Shown here: positions 1 through 9,003 of the stretch, piece after piece
How positions within the stretch are numbered: position 1 is the first letter of the stretch
Layout of the letters: every line of letters starts with the position of its first letter
Program-made: the position numbers and the translations under genes
NCBI GenBank assembly: GCA_910577095.1
Contig: CAJTLY010000007.1
Location: forward strand, 34,317 to 98,316
Length of the DNA: 64,000 nucleotides
Source: an uncultured Alphaproteobacteria bacterium
GTDB taxonomy: Bacteria > Pseudomonadota > Alphaproteobacteria > RF32 > CAG-239
Direction of reading: 5' to 3'
The notes under the pieces: generated by a model
The model's input: the letters and a program-made list of their open reading frames with translations, nothing else
Database searches by the model: none
What the model was told of the DNA's origin: nothing

Positions 1-105
1 TTCAATATAAGAAATGTCTTTGTCGTTTCAAGCCGACACGGATGGCAGGCTGCTCAAAAGCAAAGGCCGCATCAAATAAGACACGGCCTTTGTTCATCTC
101 GTCGC

Positions 106-1080
106 TTATTGCGGCGTTGCCTCGGCATTTCGGGTTTTCCACAATGAAATTCCGATCCCGGCAAACAGCAAACCGAACGTAACCGTCAACGAATGCCAGG
201 CTTCAAGTTCAAAGCCCAAAATATACGGCGCAAAAATCTTAAGGCCGATAAAGATCAGAATGATCGAAAGCGCCGGTTTCAGATAAGTGAATTTGTGTAC
301 CGCTGCTTCCAACAGAAAATAGAGTGCGCGCAGTCCCAAAATCGCAAAAATGTTGCTGGTATACACAATGAAAACATCGTTGGTAATCAGAAAAATGGCC
401 GGAATACTGTCCAACGCAAAAATCACGTCCATCGTCTCAATCGTCAACAGGGCAAAAAACAGCGGCGTAATGTAATGGCGTCCGTTTTCTTTGACAAAGA
501 AATGTTCCCCGTGAATTTTGCCGGTGACATGAAAAATTTTCGACAGGAACTTAAACAGCCGCGTCTCTTCGAATGCCGGTTCGTCTTCCCCTTTGTGCAA
601 CAGCATTTTAACACCCGTATAAACCAGAAAAGCGGAAAAGACGTACAAAATCCAATGAAAGTTGGAAATCAGCGTTTCGCCGACCCAGATCAACAGGGCG
701 CGCATGACAATCGCACCCAGAATTCCCCAGAACAAAACGCGGTGCTGATACATCCGCGGTACCCCGAGAGAGGCAAAAATCAGAGACATGATAAAAATAT
801 TGTCCAGCGAAAGGCTTTTCTCAACCAAAAAACCGGTAAAGAAATCCATCCCCTTGTCCAGCCCTTCTTCATAAATGATAAACACGCCGAAGACACAGGC
901 GGCAAGAATATAGATGATACACAAAACCAGGGTATGCCAAAAGTTCGGCACTTCGTTTTTGCGGTTAAACAAAAACAGGTCGAAAAACAGCAGCAAGAGC
1001 ACAACCACACCGAAAATTGCCCACAACCATTCCTGAGGAATGACATAATGGTTGGTAAACAAATCTTTGAGCTTTTCCAT
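106..1080 (-). CDS. TerC family integral membrane protein (Alx/YkoY-like)
   Basis: 324-aa ORF with ATG at 1078-1080 and AAGGA about 8 nt upstream. Multi-TM, with EKSLSLDNIF and DSIPAIF motifs typical of TerC proteins. Confidence 0.85.
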   Translation of the reverse strand: MEKLKDLFTNHYVIPQEWLWAIFGVVVLLLLFFDLFLFNRKNEVPNFWHTLVLCIIYILAACVFGVFIIYEEGLDKGMDFFTGFLVEKSLSLDNIFIMSLIFASLGVPRMYQHRVLFWGILGAIVMRALLIWVGETLISNFHWILYVFSAFLVYTGVKMLLHKGEDEPAFEETRLFKFLSKIFHVTGKIHGEHFFVKENGRHYITPLFFALLTIETMDVIFALDSIPAIFLITNDVFIVYTSNIFAILGLRALYFLLEAAVHKFTYLKPALSIILIFIGLKIFAPYILGFELEAWHSLTVTFGLLFAGIGISLWKTRNAEATPQ

Positions 1081-1443
1081 TTTTTTATCCTTTAAAGTCT
1101 TAAATCTGCCCTGTTATAGACTGATTTTCCCGATCCGTCAATCGTCTCGCAACGGTTATTCATCGGCTTATTACAACAAAAAATGCCATACCCCCTTGTC
1201 AAACCGCTAAAAAAATAGTATAATAAATTTGTTAAAGGAAGGTCGGCTTTCGATCCGCCTTTGACATCGGATTAACAAGTATGGAGTTTTTATGTACGCT
1301 GTAACACCGTTTGCGGTGCAATGCAAAACAAACGCTCGGAATAATTTTTTCCGGGAATCAAACAATTTATTTCAATTTTCGAACCAGATTGCTGGTTTTT
1401 CTTACACAAGTGAGGGCTTATCGGTTCTGAAAGGAGTGTAATT

Positions 1444-1968
1444 ATGCTTTCTTTCAGAGATAAATTAAACACCCGTGATCCCGAAATCATTCGTAACATC
1501 ACGGCTTCGACCGGATTTTTTGACGATACCGACATTGAAATCGGCGTTAATTTGGCTCATGCCGTCCTAAACCGGCAATATGCCAACGACAATGCGGAAA
1601 AACCCGAATTTCTGTTTGCCGAAGACGGCGACAAAACCGTCGGCTATGCCTGTTTCGGCAAAATTCAGGACTGCTGTTCCGCTTATGAGCTCTATTTGAT
1701 TTCTACCCTAAACAGTTATCGCGGGCACGGGATCGGCCGCCAGCTGGTTCAACGCCTGTTGGAAACCGTTCGCCGTCTCGGCGGTAAAAAGGTTTTTGTC
1801 AAAACAGAGGGAACCCCGCAGTATCTTCCCACCCGCAAATTTTACGAATTGTGCGGTTTCAAGCTGGAAGCCGTCCTAAAAGAATATTATGACGACAAAG
1901 ACGACTGTTATATATATTCTTACAAGTTTTGCGAAAACGAAGCGGCAAATTTGATTCCGGCCGAATAA
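1444..1968 (+). CDS. GNAT family N-acetyltransferase
   Basis: 174 aa with AAGGAG RBS before the ATG. Has the acetyl-CoA binding motif RGHGIGRQLVQRLL and a C-terminal FYELCGF block. Confidence 0.8.
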   Translation: MLSFRDKLNTRDPEIIRNITASTGFFDDTDIEIGVNLAHAVLNRQYANDNAEKPEFLFAEDGDKTVGYACFGKIQDCCSAYELYLISTLNSYRGHGIGRQLVQRLLETVRRLGGKKVFVKTEGTPQYLPTRKFYELCGFKLEAVLKEYYDDKDDCYIYSYKFCENEAANLIPAE

Positions 1969-1990
1969 ACCGCCGCAACCGAAAACAAAA

Positions 1991-2022
1991 CATCCTCCGG
2001 AAAACTCCGGAGGATGTTTTTT
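1991..2022. terminator. Rho-independent terminator hairpin between convergent genes
   Basis: Perfect 10-bp stem catcctccgg/ccggaggatg with a 6-nt loop, followed by a T-run. A-rich on the 5' side, so usable from both strands. Confidence 0.65.
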
Positions 2023-2035
2023 CTGAAAACCGCAT

Positions 2036-2452
2036 TCAATTGCGGCTGTTACGCATCAATTCACAAAAAATCTGATAACGCATTTCTCTGGAGCTCTCTC
2101 CGCCTTCATGCAGCAGATAGCCCAAAAACACATTCATCTCGTCACTTCCGACAAAATGAAAATAAGCCTGACGGCGAGCGGGGGAACAGCAGCGCAAATA
2201 GCGCATGCGAAGTTCATCTCCACGATTTTCCAGCTTTGCAGATATCTTACGATAACGGCGATACAGCCAGAAGACACGAACGGCATATACGACCGAACCC
2301 AGCAAAATGCAGGAACTCACAACCGTGTTGAACCACACGAAGCCATTCTTAGTCCCGTCATCAGCCGTGAAAACACACGCCAGCCCCAGCAAACTCCCGC
2401 AAACAAACACCATCAACGCCTGCAGCAGGTAATTTCTAAAAAACTTGTTCAT
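2036..2452 (-). CDS. hypothetical membrane protein (2 predicted N-terminal TM helices)
   Basis: 138-aa ORF with hydrophobic N-terminal half. No family recognised. The antisense ORFs look like shadows. Confidence 0.5.
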   Translation of the reverse strand: MNKFFRNYLLQALMVFVCGSLLGLACVFTADDGTKNGFVWFNTVVSSCILLGSVVYAVRVFWLYRRYRKISAKLENRGDELRMRYLRCCSPARRQAYFHFVGSDEMNVFLGYLLHEGGESSREMRYQIFCELMRNSRN

Positions 2453-2526
2453 AAAACTTGATTAATAATATAAGAAGCAAACAGAATATAACCTTTTTGC
2501 TTTTAAAAGTCCACTCCTAAATATTC

Positions 2527-2554
2527 TTGACAAAATTTTCATTATGTGTACAAT
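2527..2554 (+). promoter_or_regulatory. sigma70-like promoter candidate for the 2612 gene
   Basis: TTGACA (2527-2532), 16-nt spacer, TACAAT (2549-2554) in an AT-rich divergent intergenic region. Confidence 0.4.
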
Positions 2555-2611
2555 TTTAAGTCAGATACCAATTATTTAATAACCTATTATTCACAACAAA
2601 ACACATAAAAT

Positions 2612-3430
2612 ATGGTAAAAAGAATTATTATTAAGGGGAAACATCCGGTCTTTGAGAAAAGGGCTGCCGAAGAAAGCGCTCTCATGAAGAACGGCTCGGA
2701 TCAGGAACGCTTTTACTACATCTGTAGTCGAGGCATTCGGAGTTTGGAAGGTCAAAATGCGCTCGCACAAAGCGACGCCAGATGGATTCGTCTGCAAAAC
2801 ACCGTCCATGCCGAGATGTGGCACTACGACATTTTGCAACGCCTGCGGCAGCAAGGAATACTCCCGCCGGACGAAATGTCGGAAGCAGAGGCAAAAGAAG
2901 CCTTTCAGAACTGGTTGCGTCACAACATGTTTCGCTCACCAACCGCTTTTGCAAGCGAAGAGGAATATGGTAAAACATCACAATGGTTGATGGCCGCCGG
3001 TGCCAAACCTTCTAAAGCAAGAAACGAAAGCGAAGAGATTTCGTTGCTGCTGACCAAGGACTGGGACCGTGTGCAAAAATATCTGCGCAAATTTCATCCC
3101 AAGGCGGAAGTTCTGTTCTGTCAGACCGCGCCGTTGGAGTTGCTTTTCGCATATATTTTCCTTTTTCGCCCCCAAAGCGTCGAGGCTGAGCGCGCTCTGA
3201 TCTTCCGCAATGACAGCGTTCTCACCTGGGAACTGGTCTTTCATCACATGCTGAGCTACGAAGCCAGCCGGATCATCAAAAAGTCGGGCAACCGCTATAT
3301 CTGGAAACTGGCGGTAATGCGTAACTACGGCTTTGTGTATCAGTTTGAGCACAAGTTCGGCAGCATTGCCAAATGGCAGCAGCAGCTCGAACGCAGCTTT
3401 GACCGCAAGTATTTCAGAAAACGTTGTTAA
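2612..3430 (+). CDS. hypothetical protein
   Basis: 272-aa ORF with no signal peptide and no recognised domain. Divergent from the 2036-2452 gene. Confidence 0.55.
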   Translation: MVKRIIIKGKHPVFEKRAAEESALMKNGSDQERFYYICSRGIRSLEGQNALAQSDARWIRLQNTVHAEMWHYDILQRLRQQGILPPDEMSEAEAKEAFQNWLRHNMFRSPTAFASEEEYGKTSQWLMAAGAKPSKARNESEEISLLLTKDWDRVQKYLRKFHPKAEVLFCQTAPLELLFAYIFLFRPQSVEAERALIFRNDSVLTWELVFHHMLSYEASRIIKKSGNRYIWKLAVMRNYGFVYQFEHKFGSIAKWQQQLERSFDRKYFRKRC

Positions 3431-3442
3431 AATTCCCCTGTC

Positions 3443-3482
3443 AAAGCAAAAGTCCCGGTTTGATCAACCGGGGCTTTGCTTT
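3443..3482. terminator. bidirectional terminator hairpin
   Basis: Long imperfect palindrome aaagcaaaagtcccggtt/aaccggggctttgcttt between convergent genes, with A/T runs on both sides. Confidence 0.6.
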
Positions 3483-4032
3483 ATCCGCCGTAACCCGGCA
3501 GCGATTCTTTGCTTTCGTCATAAAGTTTTAAGGCTTCCGCGACTGCTTTGCGAGCGTCGTCAGGACCGAGGAAAGTCTCGATAATCACTTCTTTGTTTTC
3601 CAAAATTTTATAATCTTCAAAAAAACGTCTCAGCGTTTTCAGACAGTGCGGCGGCAGCTCGTCAATCGACGTATAATGGTTATACTCCGGATCGTCGACA
3701 TGAACGGCGATAATCTTGTCGTCGTTCTCGCCCTGGTCAATCATCTTCATAACACCGATCGGCCGGGCCCGCAAGATCGACAACGGCAAAACAGGCTCTT
3801 GTCCCAGTACCAAAATATCCAGCGGATCATTGTCACCGCAATAACTGCGCGGAATAAAACCATAGTTGGCCGGATAGTGAACCGCGCTGTACAAAATGCG
3901 ATCAACTTTCAGCAGACCGCTCAGTTTGTCAAGCTCATACTTGACGTTGGAACCTTTGGGTACTTCAATAATTGCATTGATGATTTCAGGCCTTGTTTTC
4001 CCGGCGCTGACGCCGTGCCATGGATGCAGCAT
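3481..4032 (-). CDS. ppa: inorganic diphosphatase
   Basis: 183 aa with family I pyrophosphatase motifs: [38 protein letters not shown]. Confidence 0.95.
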   Translation of the reverse strand: MLHPWHGVSAGKTRPEIINAIIEVPKGSNVKYELDKLSGLLKVDRILYSAVHYPANYGFIPRSYCGDNDPLDILVLGQEPVLPLSILRARPIGVMKMIDQGENDDKIIAVHVDDPEYNHYTSIDELPPHCLKTLRRFFEDYKILENKEVIIETFLGPDDARKAVAEALKLYDESKESLPGYGG

Positions 4033-4149
4033 TTATTCAATCCTTTCCAAAAATAATTTAATTTCAATGTCGATGACAATATAATAAAAAACAGCCTGTT
4101 TCAAGGATTTTTAAATTGACAAAAACAAATTTGACCACCCGCCGCGGCG

Positions 4150-5238
4150 CTATTGCCGTTCGCCGCGGCCGGCCGCAAGCTGATTTCCCGAAAGCAGCAC
4201 TTTGTCCCAATAACGTTTCATGATCCGATGATAATCGGGATTTTCTTTCAAGTAGCCGCTTATCCTGCAGCAGGCTTCGGGCGGATAAAATTTATTTCCC
4301 GGCAGCGCTTCCACTTGCGGAATTGCATTGGCTGCCACGTTAAACGGATGACGCAAAAGAGCCCGATACCCTTCGGTACGTTTCACTTCGTCAATCGGCG
4401 GAAATTCGGTTGCCAGCGTTGCCGAAAGCCGCAGAAAAAACTTGCTTCCCTGCGCGCTGCCCAGTTCCCGCACATAATTGCCGATCATCTCGACGCACTC
4501 CTCCCGGCCGCCTTTTTCCGACACTTTGCGCAAGTTGTCACTCATCATCGAAATGGCTTCGGTCTCAGGCGTACCAATCCCGGGAACCTGAAAATCATGC
4601 ACCCATCTCACATGGCGACCGCTTTCCCACAAAGACGTATCCAAAGGTTTCGGCATTTCGCGGTTAAACATATACATCATCGTTTGCCGTCGGGCTTCCT
4701 TGCGCTGCTGCCATTCCGGGCTCGACGGATATGACGGGTCCATATTTTCGACGACCCGCACATTATACCCGGCCGCATCCATCATCTTGAGCGCATTGAT
4801 ATCACAAGCGGCTTCCTCATTGCCGTGCAGCCCCCTGATTTCGGGATCGCCGTGCTGCCAGCCAAGATGTGAGAGTTCATGTGCCAGTATAAACGCCAAC
4901 TCATCCTCGCTTTGCAGCTGTTGCAGCTTGTCACGGTTAAACATCACCACAAAATCGTTACCGCTCAAATCGGCAGAATTCATACGATCCTCAACGCTGC
5001 TGATTCGCGCCGGACTGTCATCTTCGCGGTCTTGCAAATAAAAACAAACCCGATAATCCTTCAGAACGCGCGCACCGCTGTAGAAGTTATCGACCAGTTT
5101 ATGCGCCATTTGCCGCATAAACACGCCAAAGCTGCGCCCTGCCTCACTTTCCGGCGAAACGAAATGATTAAAATTTGCCAAATCCAAATCAACGTTCGGA
5201 TTTTTCACTCTGTAGACATCTTGCCGGTTATCAGACAC
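4150..5238 (-). CDS. hypothetical protein with M48-like HExxH metallopeptidase core
   Basis: 362 aa with GTG start. HELSH encoded at 4867-4881, followed by GNEEAACDINALKMMDAAGYN (E-x-x-A-x-D ... AGY layout). No signal peptide or TM. Confidence 0.6.
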   Translation of the reverse strand: MSDNRQDVYRVKNPNVDLDLANFNHFVSPESEAGRSFGVFMRQMAHKLVDNFYSGARVLKDYRVCFYLQDREDDSPARISSVEDRMNSADLSGNDFVVMFNRDKLQQLQSEDELAFILAHELSHLGWQHGDPEIRGLHGNEEAACDINALKMMDAAGYNVRVVENMDPSYPSSPEWQQRKEARRQTMMYMFNREMPKPLDTSLWESGRHVRWVHDFQVPGIGTPETEAISMMSDNLRKVSEKGGREECVEMIGNYVRELGSAQGSKFFLRLSATLATEFPPIDEVKRTEGYRALLRHPFNVAANAIPQVEALPGNKFYPPEACCRISGYLKENPDYHRIMKRYWDKVLLSGNQLAAGRGERQ

Positions 5239-5319
5239 TGTTTAAGTCCCCCGTATTAAATATTGCTCCAATATAACATTTGGGACATAAACTTGTCAAA
5301 AATAAATTTATCGTTTTTT

Positions 5320-5910
5320 TCAAATCACCGGATTATAGGCCCATTGTAACAAAGCCTGGCGTTGCCGCGCCCGGCAGCCGACGTCAAAAGGCATGCAGTT
5401 TTTTTCCACCTGAGCCAGATGACGGCGAAACGAGCGCCACCTTTTTATCTGAACTTCGTCAATTTCGGGCAGCCGCCGTCCGTAATAATAACGGCAATAC
5501 CATTGAAACCAACCGCGCACGTCCGGGCCGATAATCCAGCCGCGCCGGCGCCATTCCGACAACGAAAGTCGTGACTTGACACCGAAATAATTATACAGCG
5601 GGTTGCTCCTTTCCGGTGATAAAATGGCATGATCAAACCATCGTTCGGGGAACTCTTCCCAACAATCGGTCATATACTTTCCTTCAAAAACTCCCATGTC
5701 CAACATCTGGATCGGCGTCAACTCCGGTTTGAAATCGGGATGAAAATTCTGCCCCTCCGGTTCACTGAGCAGATAGCGATAATTTTGCTGCATCTTGTCG
5801 TTCACGACCACTTCTTTGGGAATCCAGTTGACTTCCGGTATCGGACGGCAACAATTGCAGGGTTGAAAATTTCTGCTCTGCCAAGTTTCGGTCCGCATTT
5901 GTTCTGCCAT
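5320..5910 (-). CDS. hypothetical protein (Trp/Arg/Cys-rich, conserved-looking)
   Basis: The ORF runs to 5949 (GTG), but the ATG at 5910 has AGGAGA 6 nt upstream. Has motifs CNCC and GWFQWYCRYYYGRR. Family not recognised. Confidence 0.55.
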   Translation of the reverse strand: MAEQMRTETWQSRNFQPCNCCRPIPEVNWIPKEVVVNDKMQQNYRYLLSEPEGQNFHPDFKPELTPIQMLDMGVFEGKYMTDCWEEFPERWFDHAILSPERSNPLYNYFGVKSRLSLSEWRRRGWIIGPDVRGWFQWYCRYYYGRRLPEIDEVQIKRWRSFRRHLAQVEKNCMPFDVGCRARQRQALLQWAYNPVI

Positions 5911-6108
5911 AAACATTCTCCTGTAAAACTCATTGATCGACGTTATCACCCTCCTTAGCTTCCGATACTATATAATCGGTCGCGCTCTTTTTTGAACGTT
6001 TATATAAATAATTGTTTATCCTCAATTTATCAAAAAAAATATAAATCTGACAATTTTTTGCTTGATTTATTAATTTAATGCGTGTATAAAGCTTTCCGTA
6101 AACACGAT

Positions 6109-6184
6109 GGGCGCTTAGCTCAGCTGGAAGAGCATCTCGTTTACACCGAGAGGGTCGGGAGTTCGAACCTCTCAGCGCCCACCA
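6109..6184 (+). tRNA. tRNA-Val (anticodon UAC)
   Basis: The cloverleaf can be drawn: acceptor GGGCGCT/AGCGCCC, D stem GCTC/GAGC, anticodon stem TCTCG/CGAGA with loop TTTACAC, T-loop TTCGAAC, encoded CCA. Confidence 0.9.
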
Positions 6185-6192
6185 TAAAAAAT

Positions 6193-6214
6193 CCGCCGCA
6201 AGGCGGTTTTTTTT
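6193..6214 (+). terminator. Rho-independent terminator after tRNA-Val
   Basis: ccgcc-gcaa-ggcgg hairpin followed by T8. Confidence 0.75.
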
Positions 6215-6362
6215 ATGGATGCAGCTCAGGTGAGAACTCCCGAGAGAGGGAGTTTGCTTTTGCAGATTTTAGGCGAACGGGGGCACGCCGACGGCACAAC
6301 CGGAAAAGCAAAAATAGGTTACGGACTGTCGTCATCACAAATACAAGCAACATTACAACGGG

Positions 6363-8195
6363 TTAACGCCCTTCCTGATGCCTTCCCAGCATTTTTTCGG
6401 CACAACTTTGCGTCGGCGAAGTCCGTTGCATTAATACCGCTCCGCCCTGATCGGTTTCTGCATACCCGCCGCGAAGATAAACCCGGTGATGATCCCGGAT
6501 CAGATCGCAAAACAACCCACAGCTGTCACAAACATAACCGATATTATGATTCTTCAGTTTGCCGTCTTTAATATCATTGTTAAATCCGTAAAAACAATGT
6601 TCACCGCTTTTATCCTTTCCGGCATACAACATCAAATGATTATGGCTTCCTTCCAAGGTAACGTTGTCGGCCATTTCCGGATCCATCGTCACGCAAACCA
6701 GCGCTCCCGGCTTAATTTGGTGTTTGTCGATAATATCCTGAACCCTGCTGCAGCCGTCATCGCCGCTGCGGTGAATATGTCCGGCATAACGGCCGTTTTC
6801 CATCTTCATCAAATGCTTAAACAGCGTCGCCGGATGAGCCAGTTCCTCGGTATCGGTATTAAAAACGGCATCAAGCTCACCGTTACGGTCACTTTTACGT
6901 AAACATTGCATGATGGAGGCCGTGCAATATCCTTTATTGCGTTCACTGTCAAAATCGGGATTAAAGCGAGAATTGATTTTGACAGCAGCCAAACGGTTAT
7001 ACAAATGCGCCTTGACCACATTTTCAAACAGAGCCGCCCGGGCTTCGGCCGCCGATATTTCCCGCCCGGAAAATTTTTTCTCGTTTTCGCGGTGTTTTTC
7101 CGCTTTTTCTTCTATTTTCGCCATCTTCTCTGCCGACGACAGCCCCGCACAATCCCTTTGTTTGCCTATCTCATCGAGCACGATCTTAAGTTTTTGCTCT
7201 TCGGAAAGCGTTTCGTAACTTCGATCGGCTTGTTTTTTTTCTTTTTCCCAAGCGTCAAAGAACTGATCGACTTCATTTATAAAAGCGCGTACTTTGCGAC
7301 CGGCCGGCGTTTGAGGAAGAACTTCCAGACGGCGTTGTAAATCGGCTTTTTGATAGATCTGCTGAAACTGCTCCAACGCTTTGCCTCGTGCCTGCAAAAA
7401 ACCGTTGTTTTTACCTTTCAGTTCCCGACTGAAAGCAATTGTTTTATAACCGGCGTTCAACGCCGCTTCCGCCCCCAGAATATCTGCCGTATGTTCCTCA
7501 CCTTCCGCCAGGTGAGCGCGAAAATCCGTCGGACGGCCGATACTGTCAATATAATGCCCCAACTCATGCGCAATCAACATCGGCAGCAAGCGTTCGTCGG
7601 CAAAGGCGCCCTCGTTCAGGCATATCAGGCATCGCCTGCCCTTTTCGTCATCAATCATCCGACACTCGCCGTCTTTGTTTTGCCCTTCGACAACTCCAAA
7701 AGAAACCGGATACTGCTCGCTCATCGCCTGCAGATGACGGTTGATTTTTCCGTCAGCGGCGCACAAACGTGCAAAAATCTCTTCCGCCTTTTTGATTTTA
7801 TCCGTATTCTCGCTGTCCGGCAGCATTTTACCCGAACGCCACAGTTCTTTAACGTTCAGACTGCGGTTGAGCGTTTCGCCTTCTTGTTGCAAATTGCGGT
7901 AAAACGACTGCCCGTTCTGTCCCTCAATCATGTCAGCCAGACCGGACAGATGAGCATGCAAATCAAAATCCGTATTCCCGACAGAGCTACCGGGCAACGG
8001 TTCGGATATAAATTCCAACAAAGACATCAGCTTTTTCCGCGTCTCCGGTTCATCTCGTCCGGCATAAAGGAAATCGAGCGTTTCGGCAATTTCCGACTTT
8101 TGTTCCGGTCGCGCATTTTCATAGCCGGAGAGCTTCAAATGCCCTGCCAACGCAGCAATTTTTTCCAGATTTTCGACCGAATCAAGTTTTACCAT
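6363..8195 (-). CDS. large hypothetical protein: M48-like HExxH core plus C-terminal Cys/His (papain-fold-like) region
   Basis: The ORF extends to 8279, but the ATG at 8195 has AGGAAG 7 nt upstream. HELGH encoded at 7554-7568, followed by EGEEHTADILGAEAALNAGYK. The C-terminus has GYCTASIMQC ... GSHNHLMLYAG. No signal peptide. Confidence 0.6.
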   Translation of the reverse strand: MVKLDSVENLEKIAALAGHLKLSGYENARPEQKSEIAETLDFLYAGRDEPETRKKLMSLLEFISEPLPGSSVGNTDFDLHAHLSGLADMIEGQNGQSFYRNLQQEGETLNRSLNVKELWRSGKMLPDSENTDKIKKAEEIFARLCAADGKINRHLQAMSEQYPVSFGVVEGQNKDGECRMIDDEKGRRCLICLNEGAFADERLLPMLIAHELGHYIDSIGRPTDFRAHLAEGEEHTADILGAEAALNAGYKTIAFSRELKGKNNGFLQARGKALEQFQQIYQKADLQRRLEVLPQTPAGRKVRAFINEVDQFFDAWEKEKKQADRSYETLSEEQKLKIVLDEIGKQRDCAGLSSAEKMAKIEEKAEKHRENEKKFSGREISAAEARAALFENVVKAHLYNRLAAVKINSRFNPDFDSERNKGYCTASIMQCLRKSDRNGELDAVFNTDTEELAHPATLFKHLMKMENGRYAGHIHRSGDDGCSRVQDIIDKHQIKPGALVCVTMDPEMADNVTLEGSHNHLMLYAGKDKSGEHCFYGFNNDIKDGKLKNHNIGYVCDSCGLFCDLIRDHHRVYLRGGYAETDQGGAVLMQRTSPTQSCAEKMLGRHQEGR

Positions 8196-8341
8196 TGCCT
8201 GTCTTCCTATTTTTTCTAATTTAACATAACTGCCTATTTTGTCTATAAAAAAGTGGAACACTTTGCTGCCGACAATCACAAAAAAAGGAACAGCATAAGA
8301 TCACTGTTCCCTCAAGTTTATCAAACCTGTAAAAAGTACAA

Positions 8342-8614
8342 TTAGTTGACAGAATCCTGCAAAGCTTTACCCGGTTTGAATTTAGCAACTTTACGTGCAG
8401 GGATTTTGATAGCTTCGCCAGTGCGGGGATTGCGGCCGGTCGTGGCAGCACGTTTGGTAACACCGAAAGTACCAAAACCGACCAGACGAACTTCTTTGCC
8501 GTCTTTCAAAGATTTGGCAACAGAATTAATGAATGCGTCCAGAGCCTTGGCAGAATCAGTTTTTGTCAGACCGGTTGCAGCGGCAATGCTGGCGATAAGT
8601 TCATTTTTATTCAT
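8342..8614 (-). CDS. hupB: DNA-binding protein HU
   Basis: 90 aa, starting MNKNELI with GFGTF...RNPRTGE..I..A motifs. Confidence 0.95.
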   Translation of the reverse strand: MNKNELIASIAAATGLTKTDSAKALDAFINSVAKSLKDGKEVRLVGFGTFGVTKRAATTGRNPRTGEAIKIPARKVAKFKPGKALQDSVN

Positions 8615-8934
8615 GAAGAAACTCCCTATAAATGTAAGTTATGTTAAACAAAGCGGCACAACACCGCCACAACGGAATTTAAGAACGTTTTTACGCTTAA
8701 GTCAAATAAAATCAAAGCTTTTCCGCATAAAAAAGGCATTTTTCGTTGTCATTTTACCTATTGCGACAGTTATTAACAGGATTTTGCGTCCATTTTCGCC
8801 GATCGTTACCGATTCTGCCGCTTTGCGCCGACTCCCCGATTTTTTCGCTGCCGCGATTCCTCCCATACGTTTTTTTAACGTTTTTCCTGCAAGAAAACGG
8901 GACAATGTCCACATAACCGCCGCCCGCATATCCC

Positions 8935-8977
8935 AAAAACAAACGGCACCGTTTTGTTAACAATGCCGTTTGTTTTT
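8935..8977 (-). terminator. terminator hairpin downstream of lon
   Basis: Stem aaacaaacggca/tgccgtttgttt with A/T runs on both sides, just after the lon stop. Confidence 0.55.
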
Positions 8978-9003
8978 CGAAACATCGTCATCAACGTGAC
9001 GAA

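Noticed and set aside
1081-1260. A possible yybP-ykoY (Mn2+) riboswitch in the TerC leader, since TerC genes often carry one.
   Set aside because: The minus-strand leader has GGGGGTATGG and TTGACGG fragments reminiscent of the conserved GGGGAGUAG and UUGACA elements. I could not build the closing P1 helix or the four-way junction. It needs cmsearch with RF00080 before any claim.
7233-7240. A T8/A8 homopolymer inside the 6363-8195 gene as a slipped-strand phase-variation switch.
   Set aside because: The tract is short, encodes a Lys/Glu-rich stretch (EKEKKQ) in an A-rich context, and no evidence of length variation can be obtained from a single sequence.
6109-8340. A tRNA-Val-associated genomic islet carrying the 6363-8195 gene.
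   Set aside because: No direct repeat of the tRNA 3' end was found near 8.2-8.35 kb, there is no integrase, and base composition by eye is similar to the neighbours.
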